A stretch of DNA of 64,000 nucleotides, taken from Octopus sinensis (Eukaryota). The notes beneath the pieces were generated by a model that was given only the letters and a program-made list of their open reading frames with translations, ran no database searches and had not been told where the DNA came from. Shown here in pieces: positions 12,501 to 25,185 of the stretch (position 1 is the first letter of the stretch; each line of letters opens with the position of its first letter). The stretch is taken from the NCBI RefSeq assembly GCF_006345805.1, contig NC_043009.1:992001-1056000 (forward strand), written 5' to 3'. The position numbers were made by a program, and so were the translations under genes.

Positions 12501-12928
12501 GTAAAAGCACCATCCGTTCGTGTTCGTTGCCAGCCTCGCCTGGCCCCGTGCCGGTGACACGTAAAAGCACCGTCCGTTCGTGGCCGTTTGCCAGCTCTGT
12601 CTGGCAACCGTGTCGGTGGCACGTAAAAGCACCATCCGTTCGTGTCCGTTGCCAGCATCGCCTGGCCCCGTGCCGGTGACACGTAAAAGCACCATCCGTT
12701 CGTGGCCGTTCGCCAGCTCTGTCTGGCACCTGTGCAGGTGGCACGTAAAAAACACCCACTACACTCGCGGAGTGGTTGGCGTTAGGAAGGGCATCCAGCC
12801 GTAGAAACACTGCCAGATCTGACTGGGCCTGACGAAGCCTTCCAGCTTCACAGACCCCAGTTGACCCGTCCAACCCATGCTAGCATGGAAAGCGGACGCT
12901 AAATGATGATGATGATGATGATGATGAT
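9511..12928 (+). mobile_element. RTE-clade LINE copy 2, near full length (APE-RT-PHD-like finger, tandem-array 3' UTR, (GAT)n tail), frameshifted
   Basis: ORFs 9477-10775, 10744-10986 and 11009-12244 with GDFNGHVG, QIDY, QFGF, GVHQGSVLSPLLF and YADD; a deletion near 10978 relative to copy 3; ends in (GAT)n. Confidence 0.95.
12389..12753 (+). repeat. Tandem array of six 60/62-bp units (122-bp higher-order repeat x3) in the RTE 3' UTR
   Basis: CGTAAAA(GCACC) anchor at 12438, 12500, 12560, 12622, 12682 and 12744. Confidence 0.92.
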
Positions 12929-13286
12929 ATAAATTACGCCAGCAGACGCCAACCAAGAATCATTACTGTTGCTCCCATTGGAACACAAGGTAAAATCTAT
13001 AATGAACTCCTCGCCTTTTCAAGAACATGGATTTTTTATATTTGACTCTATTGAATGTATGTCACAATTATGAACTGTTCCATCATACTCTTTAAGCATA
13101 TAGCATGAACTCTCTTTATTATATAAAAAAATTTTTTTGATAAGGTTCGTTATTTCAATAACCGAAACATGTAAAATTAAAATTTATCTAATATAGCGGC
13201 ATTTTCAAACTTCATTTTTTACAAATATATACCCACTCGTATACGAGCTGCTCTTATTATAAATATATATATATATGATGATGATG

Positions 13287-13322
<36 letters not shown>

Positions 13323-13346
13323 ATATATACACACACACACATATAT

Positions 13347-13720
13347 ACTCTTTTACTCGTTTCAGTCATTTGACTGTGGCCATTTGACTTTAGTCGAGCA
13401 AATCGACCCCAGGACTTATTCTTTGTAAGCCTAGTACTTATTCTATCGGTCTCTTTTGCCAAACCGCTAAGTTATGGGGACGTAAACACACCAACATCGG
13501 TTGTCAAGTAATGTTGGGGGGGACAAACACACAAACATATACACACATACATATACATATATATGATGGGCTTCTTTCAGTTTCTGTACAAAATCCACTC
13601 ACAAGGCTTTGGTGAGCCCGAGGCTATAGTAGAAGACACTTGTCCAAGGTGCCACGCAGTGGAACTGAACCTGGAACCATGTGGTTCGTAAGCAAGCTAC
13701 TTAACACACAACCACTCCTG
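13347..13720 (-). mobile_element. Same SINE family on the - strand; other - copies near 3870-4245, 31940-32095, 35430-35740, 36960-37330, 39035-39365 and 59730-60050
   Basis: Reverse complement of the 30009 family. Confidence 0.85.
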
Positions 13721-13722
13721 CG

Positions 13723-13762
<40 letters not shown>

Positions 13763-13933
13763 TATATATACATACATATATATATTAGATTTATCATTTT
13801 TTATTTCTTTATATTTTTAAAGTTTTATAGCATAATAATCTGGTGGGAATTTATGATTTTTTTTTCCATAAAATTCACATATGCTGCAATCTTATATTAT
13901 CATATATTAAATTACACATTACCCCTTATTTGT

Positions 13934-14118
13934 GAAGGCGCATGGCTCAGTGGTTAGAGCGTCGAGCTTGCGATCATGAAGTTGTAAGTTCGAATCCCAG
14001 ACCAGGCTGCGTGTTGTGTTCTGCTAGTCTTCCATAAACAACCTTGCCTGGACTTGTGCCTGGGAGGGTAACTTTCTAGGTTCAATCCCAAGATCAGTCA
14101 TGACCGAAGGGGGTCTCA
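13934..14118 (+). mobile_element. tRNA-derived SINE
   Basis: TGGCTCAGTGG box A and GTTCGAATCCC box B without a complete acceptor stem. Confidence 0.7.
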
Positions 14119-14821
14119 GCAACCCTTTATTTAGTTATATTTGAAATTTCTTTCTAGCCTTTATACATCTATATATTTATATTCTGCTTTAATGGTATAA
14201 GTAAACTAAGTTTGAAACTTACTCCTTCCCTTTCTCTCTTAGCTTAAATTCCACCAATAATCCTTTAAAAAGTATTCCTTTTAACAGTTCATTTTTCTTC
14301 CCCTTTAAGATGACAATCAAAATAAGCTTTATTAGATATCCATACCCCCTCTTTTCTTTCAATCACCCCCACCCCCCCGATCATACATTCTTGTTTACCA
14401 ACCCAAGACCTAAAGTTCCATGATACTAATTAATTTATAATTAATTTATAACTCCCTAAAGAAATAATTTTAGATGTTTTGAAAACTACATTCTCCCTAT
14501 TGTCTTGGATGTGTAAATAACAGGGTCACTACTCTCATTTACCCCCCCCCTCCCACTCCAGCCGATGCTAATTTCTGGTTTGTCAATCACTATACTGTCC
14601 TTTTTCCTTTTTCATTCATTTATATAGGTTTTCCGATAATATATGAATTCCCTTCATGTATTTTTTCTGCAACTAACTTAAACCCATTTCTTTCACATGA
14701 CCCTCATATTTACACATCAAAGACAATGGGGAGAATGTAGTCTTCAAAAATTCTAAAATTATTTCTTTAGGGAGTTATAAATTAATTATAAAACCTATAT
14801 ATTATCGGAAAACCTATATAA

Positions 14822-14909
14822 AATTAGCTGAAGATTACTCAGCATCTTAAATCTGCTGTAATATTTACAGCTTTTAATAAAATGTAGTATGAAACAATTG
14901 TACTAAATT
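14822..14909 (+). ncRNA. Type I hammerhead ribozyme motif (branched helix II family)
   Basis: TTAG-CTGAAGA-TTACT...AGTAT-GAAA-CAATTG-T-A-CTAA. Confidence 0.75.
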
Positions 14910-15099
14910 CCGGATTCATTCTTGTTGCTTATTTTTGAGTATATATATATATATATATTATATATATAATATATAATCTATTATACACATATATATATAT
15001 ATACATACACATTTTTAGATATTTATATATACATATACATTTATATATACATATATATATTTATATATACATACACACACACATATATATATATATATA

Positions 15100-15769
15100 G
15101 AAAGAGGAGGGATAAATTAAGGAAAAGTTAAATAAATGAGAAGTATATAACTATATGTATATTAAATAAAACCTTATAAACTCGGAAAATATATATTTTT
15201 TAAGTGAATGTTAAATATAAAAAGAAAATTAATGTTTAAATTATATATATTGATAGAGATTACTTATATGAACTAAAGGTGTGTTTTTGCCAATGTTTAC
15301 ATCGGTATGCACACTCTATAACCGTGTTTACTAGGGGATTTTTGGAAAAAATAATGAAAAATAGTTCAGAATTACAGAGAAGACAGAATTCCTTGCCTTT
15401 GTTATAAGGTATCACGATTGAGAGAATCAACCATTCTAAATTAAATTGTTTATTGTGGTCTTTTAGATCCCAAATTAATTCACTGAGCCCTGTACTGTTA
15501 CGTTTATTACTATCCCTAAATGTTGAGTAATGGATAGAAATTCTTTTAGATAACTCTAACGATGTGCTTCCAATGTAAAATTGTACTTTATTATGAGTAA
15601 TAATTTTACACTGGTATATAGAATTTTTAATTTTAGAGTTACTTGACATAAACTTAATTCTATTGGAATTGACTTCAGATACAATAACCTTGTTATTAAT
15701 ATTTCTAGAGGGTTGGATGGTATTAGCTAAATTAATGTTAGTATTAGTAAATGTATTAACATTTAACAA
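15100..15769 (-). mobile_element. Penelope-type GIY-YIG endonuclease module (open ORF 15260-15769) plus 3' UTR
   Basis: NSIYQCK...FYIGST...KR...H...F...KRNSTGLSELIWDLK...EW.I...PY...C.LCNSE, the Penelope GIY-YIG signature. Confidence 0.88.
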
Positions 15770-15859
15770 GGAATTACCAACCTCTTTACTTGTGATTTTT
15801 TGCTACCCTGGTAACTATTTATCTATTTTTTCCGTGTTAATTGTTAACAAGGGGAAAAT

Positions 15860-15878
15860 ACACACATCTATATATGTA

Positions 15879-15922
<44 letters not shown>

Positions 15923-16067
15923 TATACACATATACATATATATATACACATATACATATATATATACCATATACATATATATACACATTACATATATATA
16001 TACACACATATACATTATATATACACATATACATATATATATACACATATACATATATATATTATAT

Positions 16068-16098
<31 letters not shown>

Positions 16099-16130
16099 GT
16101 GTATATATAATATATATATATATATATAGC
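15860..16130. repeat. Compound (TA)n/(CA)n microsatellite, representative of dozens in the window
   Basis: Direct inspection. Confidence 0.97.
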
Positions 16131-16567
16131 AGCAAAATTAAGTAACGGCATAATAGGCTGTTCAAACCCACTAGAATAGCAGCCAAGGCTTCAACCGCAA
16201 AACAATATTAATTCCGTAAACCAGGAGAAAATTTTAAAAAACATTTACCCTGTAATACTTTATACAATGCATCGTTTTGTCTATTTTTTAATGGTAAATC
16301 AACCTGATTAAATTAAATCAAGCTAATCTTCCATAGGCCAATAGATTCATCAGTAAAGTAAGCCAGACGGGATAGATATTTTCACAAAGCAGCACCACTA
16401 CTGTCTCGGCTATATCTCCTAAGATTTTCAAATCATCGTACTCGCGTCAAATTTATCGGCAGCAAATATAAGCTGCCGATTCCATTTCGGAATTAAACAG
16501 AATATTCATAATTTTTATATAAGTGATATATATATATATATGTATTGTATATATCTATATATATATA

Positions 16568-16602
<35 letters not shown>

Positions 16603-16702
16603 NNNNNNNNNNNNNNNNNNNNNNNNNNNNNNNNNNNNNNNNNNNNNNNNNNNNNNNNNNNNNNNNNNNNNNNNNNNNNNNNNNNNNNNNNNNNNNNNNN
16701 NN
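16603..16702. other. Assembly gap (100 N)
   Basis: Run of N directly after (TA)n. Confidence 1.
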
Positions 16703-16999
16703 GAACGTGATTGAAAAAGTCTTAAGAAAAAAGGAAAAGAAAAGAAACAGCGGGGGGACATCAGGTGAAAGTGTTGGTAAATTTCAAGAAGCATGGAAAT
16801 TTGAAGGATGTAGTATCTCAGCTGCTAACAACTGATCAAGGTAGTTATTCATGGTTCAGCAGTTCGAACATAAACAATATTTCCGAAAGTCAAGGTGCTA
16901 TGATGTTTTTTTTAAATATATATATATTTATATAGTATATATATATACTATATATATATATATATATATATAGATATATATTTATTTATTTATATGGCA

Positions 17000-19483
17000 A
17001 ATAGAAGAGACAGGCTTGGAAGACTGGAAGAATGGTGGTAGAGGGAATTGTATCAGACTGCCAAAAGAGAAGCTAGGAGACAGGTTTATTTAGCCAGAGG
17101 GGAAGCTGATAAGAAAAAATTTGCCAATGTTCTGCACTGTGAGGATGAAAGACTTGAGGTATTTCGTGTTGCAAGACAGTGTGTGAGAGAGAATCGTGAT
17201 GTGGTAGGAGAGAAGTGTGTTCGCATGGATGATGGTTCACTTGCACTAAGTGAAGATGCAAAGAGAGAGGTTTGGAGATGCCACTATGAAGGTTGCTGAA
17301 TGAAGAAAATGAATGGGATAAAGAGAGTCTGCCGTATGTCGACCCAACAGAGGGACCAGCTATCCGAGTTGACAGTTCCTTGGTAGTTAAGGCAATTAGA
17401 AGCATGAAGACAGGGAAAGCCCCAGGCCCATCAGGAATTACTGCAGAGATGCTCAAAATATCTGGTAGTGTCGGCTATAGCCTAGTCACCCATATAGTCA
17501 ACCAGGTGAAAACACGAAGAAGTCATTCCCGATGACTGGTGTAGCAGCATACTAGTCAACTGCTACAAAGGTAAAGGTGATGCCCTGGACACAAATAATT
17601 ACAGAGGTATCAAGCTGTTGGATCAGGTAATGAAGATTACGGAGAGGGTCATAGCCCAACTAATTAGAGAGAGAGTTAGTTTAGATGAGATGCAGTTTGG
17701 GTTCGTGCCAGGGAAAAGTACTACTGATGCTATATTCCTGGTAAGACAGCTGCAGGAGAAATACCTAGCCAAAGATAAGCTCCTGTACCTGGCTTTTGTT
17801 GACATGGAGAAAGCCTTCGACAGGGTGCCCTGATCCCTTATCTGGTGGTCAACGAGGAAACTAGGGATAGATGAATGGTTAGTGAGAGCTGTGCAAGCCA
17901 TGTACAGGGACGCTGGCAACGAGTACAGTGAAGAATTCCGGGTAGAGGTTGGGGTCCACCAAGGTTCAGTCCTCAGCGCCCCCCCCCCTATTTATCATAG
18001 TCCTCCAGGCAATAACGGAGGAATTCAAGACAGGATGCCCCTGGGAGCTCCTCTATGCTGATGACCTTGCTCTAATTACTGAGTCACTATCAGAACTGGA
18101 GGAGAAGTTTCAGGTGTGGAAGCAAGGATTAGAATCGAAGGGCCTTAGAGTCAACCTAGCTAAAACCAAAGTCCTAATAAGTAGGAAGGTAGACAAATCA
18201 CAAACGCCTTCAGGTAGATGGCCCTGCTCGATCTGTAGAAAAGGCGTAGTTAGAAACTCTATAAGATGTACCAAGTGTAAGCTATGGACACACAAGAGGT
18301 GCAGAAATATCAAAGGAAGGCTAACTAGGAAAATAGTTTTTGTATGTGGCAGATGCTCAGGAGCAATAAACACTGAAAATGTGCAGAGACCAACTTCCAC
18401 CACATTCCAGGGAGAAAAACTAGAAATAGTTGATAGTTTCCGTTACCTAGGTGACCAAGTCAGTAGTGGGGGTGGGTGTGCTGAAAGTGTAACTGCTAGA
18501 ATAAGAATAGCCTGGGCAAAGTTCAGAGAGCTCTTACCCCTGCTGGTGACAAAAGGCCTCTCGCTCAGAGTAAAAGGCAGACTGTATGATGCATGTGTAC
18601 GAACAGCCATGCTACATGGTAATGAAACATGGGCCGTGACTGCTGAGGATATGCTTAAGCTCGCAAGAAATGAAGCCAGTATGCTCCGATGGATGTGTAA
18701 TGTCAGTGTTCATACTTGACTGAGCGTAAGTACCTTGAGAGAAAAGTTGGACCTAAGAAGCATCAGTTGTGGTGTGCAAGAGAGACGGTTGCGCTGGTAT
18801 GGTCATGTGACGAGAATGGATGAAGATAGTTGTGTGAAAAAGTGCCACACCCTAGCGGTTGAGGGAACCTGTGGAAGAGGTAGACCCAGGAAAACCTGGG
18901 ACGAGGTGGTGAAGCACAACCTTTGATCTTTAGGTCTCACCGAGGAAATGATCAGAGACCGAGACCTTTGGAAGTATGCTGTGCGTGAGAAGACCCAGCA
19001 GGACAAGTGAGGCCATAACCCGTGGCCTCTACCTGGGATGTAGCCAGTCCACCTATGCATACCTTTCCTTCTTGGGACACAAAACTCTACTTGTTAAGAC
19101 ATGTTGAGGCAAGTGGAAATCAGAATCAAAATCAAAATCGATCAACATCAATGGAAATTGTAGCTGTGATACCAGTGCCGGTGGCATGTAAGCGAACCAT
19201 CCGAACGTGGCTGTTGCCAGCTCCGCCCCGACGGGCCTCCGTGCCGGTGGCACGTAAAAAGCACCATTTGACCGTGGCCGTTTGCCAGCCCCGTCTGGCA
19301 CGTAAAAAGCACCCACTACACTCACGGGGTGGTTGGCGTTAGGAAGGGCATCCAGCCGTAGAAACATTGCCCGATCAGACTGGGCCTGGTGCAGCCTTCT
19401 GGCTTCCCAGACCCCAGTTGAACTGTCCAACCCATGCCAGCATGGAAAGTGGATGTTAAACGATGATGATGATGATGATGATG
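17000..19483 (+). mobile_element. RTE-clade LINE copy 3, 5'-truncated, disrupted
   Basis: Same RT/PHD sequence (ORF 17949-18719), same 3' UTR and (GAT)n tail. Confidence 0.93.
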
Positions 19484-19866
19484 AATGTCTTATCAGCTGA
19501 TGTATGTCGTTTTGTATCCTCTCCATTTATCTCTTATTTGCTGTATAAATTAAGGCTAAACCACTTTTTACCCCCGTCCATATATGACTTTCAATTGCAA
19601 GATTGCCACGCAGTAACCAGCGTTTGGGTATGAATAATTGGGTGCACCACCCAGCAGTACATTGGATGGGTACTTTCCTGTAGCTGGTTGGCTTCCCAAC
19701 CTCTAACTCTCACAGAAATATATATATATCTTCTCTCCCTGTTCCTTCTGTGTTCCTCTCTGTGGAAGAGCATAGCCTCAAAATGTTAAAGATTTTTTTA
19801 CTTTCGGAGTGTTAAACTAATACATCTAGTTTTGTCTTCGTCTTCTTTATATATATATATAATAAA

Positions 19867-19909
<43 letters not shown>

Positions 19910-19921
19910 ATAAATATATAA

Positions 19922-19970
<49 letters not shown>

Positions 19971-20002
19971 TAATATTATAAATATATGTTTCATAACATT
20001 AT

Positions 20003-20724
20003 AATCATCTTTAGCGTCAGAGCGTTCCCTTTCCATGCTGGCATGGTTGGACGGTGCAAATGGGGTCTGGGAAGCCAGAAGGCTGCACCAGGCCCAGTCT
20101 GATCTGGCAATGTTTCTACGGCTGGATGCCCTTCCTAACACCAACCACTCCATGAGTGTAGCAGGTGCTTTTTACGTGCCACCGGCACAGGTGCTAGACG
20201 AGGCTGGCAAACGGCCACAGTCGGATGGTGCTTTTTATGTGCCACTGGCACGGAGGCCAGGCGAGGCTGGCAACGGCCACAATCGGATGGTGCTTTTCAC
20301 GTGCCACCGCATGGAAGCCAGTCAAGGCGGCACTGGCAACGGCCACGTTCGGATGGTTCTCTTATTTGCCACCAGCACTGGTATCACAGCTACAATTTCC
20401 ATTCATGTTGATCGATTTTGATTTTTGATTTTTTGATTTTCACTTGCCTCAACAGGTCTTCACAAGTAGGGTTTTGTGTCCCAAGAAAGAAAGGTATGCA
20501 TAAGTGGACTGAGGCCATGGGTGATGGTCTCACTTGTCCTGCCGGGTCTTCTCACACACAGCATACTTCCAAAGGTCTCGGTCTCTAGTCATTTCCTCAG
20601 TGAGACCTAAAGTTCGAAGGTCGTGCTTCACCACCTCACCCCAGGTTTTCCTGGGTCTGCCTCTTCCACAGGTTCCCTCAACAGCTAGGGTGTAGCACTT
20701 TTTCACACAACTATCTTCATCCAT
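20003..20724 (-). mobile_element. RTE LINE 3'-end copy (ORF C-terminus plus 3' UTR)
   Basis: [31 protein letters not shown] end followed by the family 3' UTR. Confidence 0.9.
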
Positions 20725-20977
20725 TATATGTATATATATATTTATATATATTTATTTATATATTCATATATATAAATATATGTATATATATTTATATATA
20801 TAAATGTACATATATGTGTATGTATATATATATATATATATATAAATGTATATATATGTGCGTATATATATATATATATATATATAGGGAGAGTTTACGA
20901 AAAAAATTAAAAGACAAAGACAGGTGGTATACAAAACAAACAGATGTATTAGTATAACGCTCAGGAATAGAAAAAGC

Positions 20978-21013
20978 CTTTTACGTTTCGAGCCTACGCT
21001 CTTCTACAGAAAG
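20978..21013 (-). ncRNA. Minimal hammerhead-like motif, A6U variant
   Basis: CTTT-CTGTAGA-A-GAGC-GTAG-GCTC-GAAA-CG-T-A-AAAG. Confidence 0.6.
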
Positions 21014-21086
21014 GGACAAAGAAAAAATAAGGAGAGAAACAAAGACAGAAAAAAATGTGTGTAGTGGCTAACAATCTATCATGGCG

Positions 21087-21526
21087 TCTATCCATTACTC
21101 AACATTTAGGGACAGGAATAAACGTAACAGTACAGGGCTCAGTAAATTAATTTGGGATCTAAAAGACCACAATAAACAATTTAATTTAGAATGGTTGATT
21201 CTCTCAATCGTGATACCTTATAACAAAGGCAAGGAATTCTGTCTTCTCTGTAATTCTGAACTATTTTTCATTATTTTTTCCAAAAATCCCCTAGTAAACA
21301 CGGTTATAGAGTGTGCATACCGATGTAAACATTGGCAAAAACACACCTTTAGTTCATATAAGTAATCTCTATCAATATATATAATTTAAACATTAATTTT
21401 CTTTTTATATTTAACATTCACTTAAAAAATATATATTTTCCGAGTTTATAAGGTTTTATTTAATATACATATAGTTATATACTTCTCATTTATTTAACTT
21501 TTCCTTAATTTATCCCTCCTCTTTCT
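21087..21526 (+). mobile_element. Near-identical inverted partial copy of the 15100-15538 GIY-YIG module
   Basis: Reverse complement of 15100-15538; two amino-acid differences in the shared ORF part. Confidence 0.9.
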
Positions 21527-21555
21527 ATATATATGTGTGTGTGTGTGTGTATAAA

Positions 21556-21853
21556 TATCACGTGATCGACCAGACCATCAGATGTTGTTACACATCGCTG
21601 GTCACAATGCGTTCGTATTGCTTTAGCCTTCGAATGACGCCACCCCGCTGGCTAAGCGAGCAGGCCAACAGAAGAAAGAATGGGAGAAAGAGTGGTGAAA
21701 GAGTACAGCAGGGATCACCACCCCCTGCCAGAGCCTCGTGGAGCTTTTAGGTGTTTTTGCTCAGTAAACACACATAACGCCCAGTCTGGGAATCGAAACC
21801 GCGATCTTTCGACCGCGAGTCCGCTGCCCTAACCACTGGGCCATTGCGCCTCC
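21556..21853 (-). mobile_element. Third tRNA-derived SINE family, full copy; partial + copy at 4614-4800
   Basis: Head GGAGGCGCAATGGCCCAGTGGTTAGGGCAGCGG...GGTTTCGATTCCC with A/B boxes, followed by a non-tRNA body. Confidence 0.85.
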
Positions 21854-21910
21854 ACGTGCATAAATATATATATATAAATATCTATATATGTATCTATAAA
21901 TGCATATATG

Positions 21911-21973
<63 letters not shown>

Positions 21974-22597
21974 TGAGAAAGAGAGGATCAGAAAATGGAT
22001 GAAAAACAACAAATAGAAATATATCTTTGGTGCTAACAAGCCACTATTTAATTAGTTAAGCAAGGTGAAGAGTGTGTTTACAGCTGTTACTGTGTACCAT
22101 ATTGAGGTGAATATGTATTTACCTCGTCACAAATGCACTCTTACCTTCACCTTGCTTAACTAATTGGATAATGGCTTTTTAGTACCTATACGTTAAACTA
22201 CGCTTTACCTTTTTAAATTACCTGTGGCCATATACCTTATACCAAGAACCATACTTACGGCGGTAATTACCAGGAGTGCCTCTGGATACTTTTATCCCTT
22301 AAAGGGCTTAACATCTCTAACTTATACCTTATATATATATATAAAATACAAAATGGGACAAGAATGCAAAACATCCAGATAGACGATACAAAGAAAACAA
22401 GGACGGGTCATTCGAAGCTTTCTTTCCTCAGTCGAGTAGCAGATTATCTTCGCAATTTCGGCTGATTACACTCGAGATTGCTCCAATCTGGCCAGCCCCA
22501 AGGAAAAACTAACCTAAGAGCATTAGATTCCTTAGAATACAATAAAAATATATATATTAATATATACATACATAGATAAATATATTATATATAAATT

Positions 22598-22649
<52 letters not shown>

Positions 22650-23208
22650 TCATCATCATCATCATCGTTTAGCGTCCGCTTTCCATGCTAGCATGGGTTG
22701 GACGGTTCAACTGGGGTCTGGGAAGCCAGAAGGCTGCACCAGGCCCAGTTTGATCTGGCAATGTTTCTACGGCTGGATGCCCTTCCTAACGCCAACCACT
22801 CCATCTCTAACTTATACCTTATATATATATATAAAATACAAAATGGGACAAGAACGCAAAACATCCAGATAGATGATACAAAAAAAACAAGGACGGGCCA
22901 TTCGAAGCTTTCTTTCCTCAGTCGAGTAGCAGATTATCTTTGCAATTTCAGCTGATTACACTTTTGTCACTAATAATTAATTTTTAATTAGCCCTGTTGG
23001 CTAGTATGAAACTAGTAGACATCTGTCACTGAGATGAAGTACATTGAAATAATGTGATCTGGCAGTTCCAGTATCCATAGCAGACAATACTCATCTGCTA
23101 ACAATACATTCATATGAAAGGTCCTCACAAGGCAAATACCACAGTATTCAACATTCTAGTAAAACATCCACAACAAGTTGGATATAAAGATTGCCTTTTT
23201 ATACATAT

Positions 23209-23244
<36 letters not shown>

Positions 23245-23305
23245 ACACACATACACATATATTGCTTCTGTCACTAATAATCAATTTTTAATAAACCTGC
23301 TGTAC

Positions 23306-23389
<84 letters not shown>

Positions 23390-23423
23390 AAAAAGGAGAT
23401 GTGGAACACGAGTTGTGATATAT

Positions 23424-23615
23424 AAAAAAAGGAAATGAAGAAAATGCTGACAAAATAATTAAGAAGAGAAAAAAATCTATCAGAAAGGAACTCTATCTCT
23501 CTTAAAAAATATCTTTTGATAAGCATAATAAATGCGCAACCGGTAAAAAGAACTTTCACCTAATTAAATACACTCTCCCTTACTTAAATTATTTTGTCAG
23601 CATTTTCTTCATTTC

Positions 23616-23620
<5 letters not shown>
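23424..23620. mobile_element. MITE with ~40-bp TIRs inside (TA)n
   Basis: AAAAGGAAATGAAGAAAATGCTGACAAAATAATT / AATTATTTTGTCAGCATTTTCTTCATTTCCTTTT. Confidence 0.8.
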
Positions 23621-23661
<41 letters not shown>

Positions 23662-24033
23662 ATATATATTGCTTCTATACTAATAATCAATTTTTAATAG
23701 CTGTTTGCAACATCAGTGCCTGAAAAGTTACTGAAATTCTACATAAATTGTTGGCTGGCATGTAGCTTGCAGATGTCTGTCACTGAGGAGATGGGGTATG
23801 TTGAAATAATGTGATGCGGCAGTTCCCAGCACCCATAGCAGACAATACCCATCTGCCAATGGTATAAATACGTGTTCTTTTATGCAACATGCATCCGTAT
23901 AAGAGGTCCTCTCAAAGCAAATATCTCACTATTTGGTGTTCTAGCAAAACATCCGCATTAAGTTGAATATAAACTTTACTGATCACTTCAATAATGGAAT
24001 GTAGCTAGTGTAAATGTGGTTAAAATGTCTTAC

Positions 24034-24132
24034 CTGTTCAATAAAATTATCGGGAAGCAGAAGCTCATCTTTACCAATAATACATCGTTCCAACTGTCCT
24101 ACTCTGCTCGTAGATTGAACCATTGCATCCAT
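24034..24132 (-). CDS. NFRKB: NFRKB (INO80 subunit G) first coding exon, MDAMVQSTSRVGQLERCIIGKDELLLPDNFIEQ; the exon spans 24145-24034 with 13 nt of 5' UTR
   Basis: Acceptor atttcatgttttag|GTGAC, in-frame stops just before the ATG at 24132, donor GAACAG|gtaaga. Joined in phase 0 to exon 2948-2871, the peptide aligns by eye to the NFRKB N-terminus (human MEDCLLGGTRVSLPEDLLEDPEIFFDVVSLSTWQEVLSDSQREHL, recalled). Confidence 0.88.
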
Positions 24133-25150
24133 TCTTTAAAGTCACCTAAAACATGAAATCAGACATTGATAATCATTGTTAGAATTCTCATCACAACTGC
24201 AACTATAATTACAATCATACATGATATTGTTTGGATAGTCATTAATAACCCTTTTGATGCCAACCCACCCAAGAGTGCTCTTGGTTCTAAATTATAGCTT
24301 TCTATCAAAATTTCACATTGGTTTATATTCCAAACACAAGTTTAACAACAACAAAGTTATTTTAGTAAATTCTTCGTTATTTTTAAAACTGAAACAATGG
24401 CTGTACTTAGTGTTGAGAGTGGAGTCTTGTCTTGTGAGTACCTTACGACTTCACCAGAGTGCTTATGTCAGGAAAGAGCAGCCAGTACCCTATGTGAAGT
24501 GGTTGGCATTAGGGAGGGCACAGGTTGAATGTTCAACAGAAACCGAAGAGCCAGAAGACTGCACCAGGCCCCAGTCGTCTGTTTTAGCATGGTTTCTACA
24601 GCTGGATGCCTTTCCTAACATCACCACTTTACAGAGTGTACTAGGTGCTTTATTTCATGGCATTGACACTTGTGAGATCACCAAGTAATTCAAAAGACAG
24701 CTTCAACTGAATGGGGATGCAGTACATAAGTATGAAAACATATGATGGACTATCCTGTCAAAGACGACATTTGAGCGTTCATTCAGCTTCTGCCAAATGA
24801 CCCACACAAATGATTTGTTTATAGTGATCAAATGTGCATGCCACACATTAGCTCACTTTCTCCCATCAAATCGACGTTGTCTGAACAGGTGTAACACACG
24901 TCAGGTGTGGAAGTGATTGCAGAGCAGCCTGAGATGAAGTGTTTTGCTCAAGAACACAACGAACAACCCACTCTAGGAATTGAAATCACAATCGCTAGAT
25001 CATGAGTTCAACACCTTAACCACTAGTCCATGTGCCCTCACATGCATATATATATATAAAGTTAATCCAAACATGAAAACACAAAGAGAAAACACAACAA
25101 CGCGAGGACGTGGAACAAGTATAGTGTTATTGGACGCTTGGGGAAGGAGG

Positions 25151-25185
25151 GTTTAACGTTTCAAGCGGAGCTCTTCGTCAGAAAC
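25151..25185 (-). ncRNA. Minimal type I hammerhead motif
   Basis: GTTT-CTGACGA-A-GAGC-TCC-GCTT-GAAA-CG-T-T-AAAC. Confidence 0.7.

Noticed and set aside
12389-12753. CRISPR-like regular spacing of a conserved motif
   Set aside because: The intervening sequences are homologous to each other, there are no cas genes, and the array is part of a eukaryotic LINE 3' UTR.
15663-16145. ORFs rich in YI/HT/CV repeats (also at 3261, 23114, 29706, 32147, 39751 and others)
   Set aside because: Translations of (TA)n/(CA)n microsatellites, not genes.
16833-16895. CTGATCA...CCGAAAGTC hammerhead-like string
   Set aside because: G8 is mutated and no stem I or credible stem II is present.
22323-22960. Duplicated (TA)n-associated unit with CTGAGGA...CGAAT on the - strand
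   Set aside because: Lacks GAAA/UH and convincing stems, so not called a hammerhead, though it may be a related repeat.
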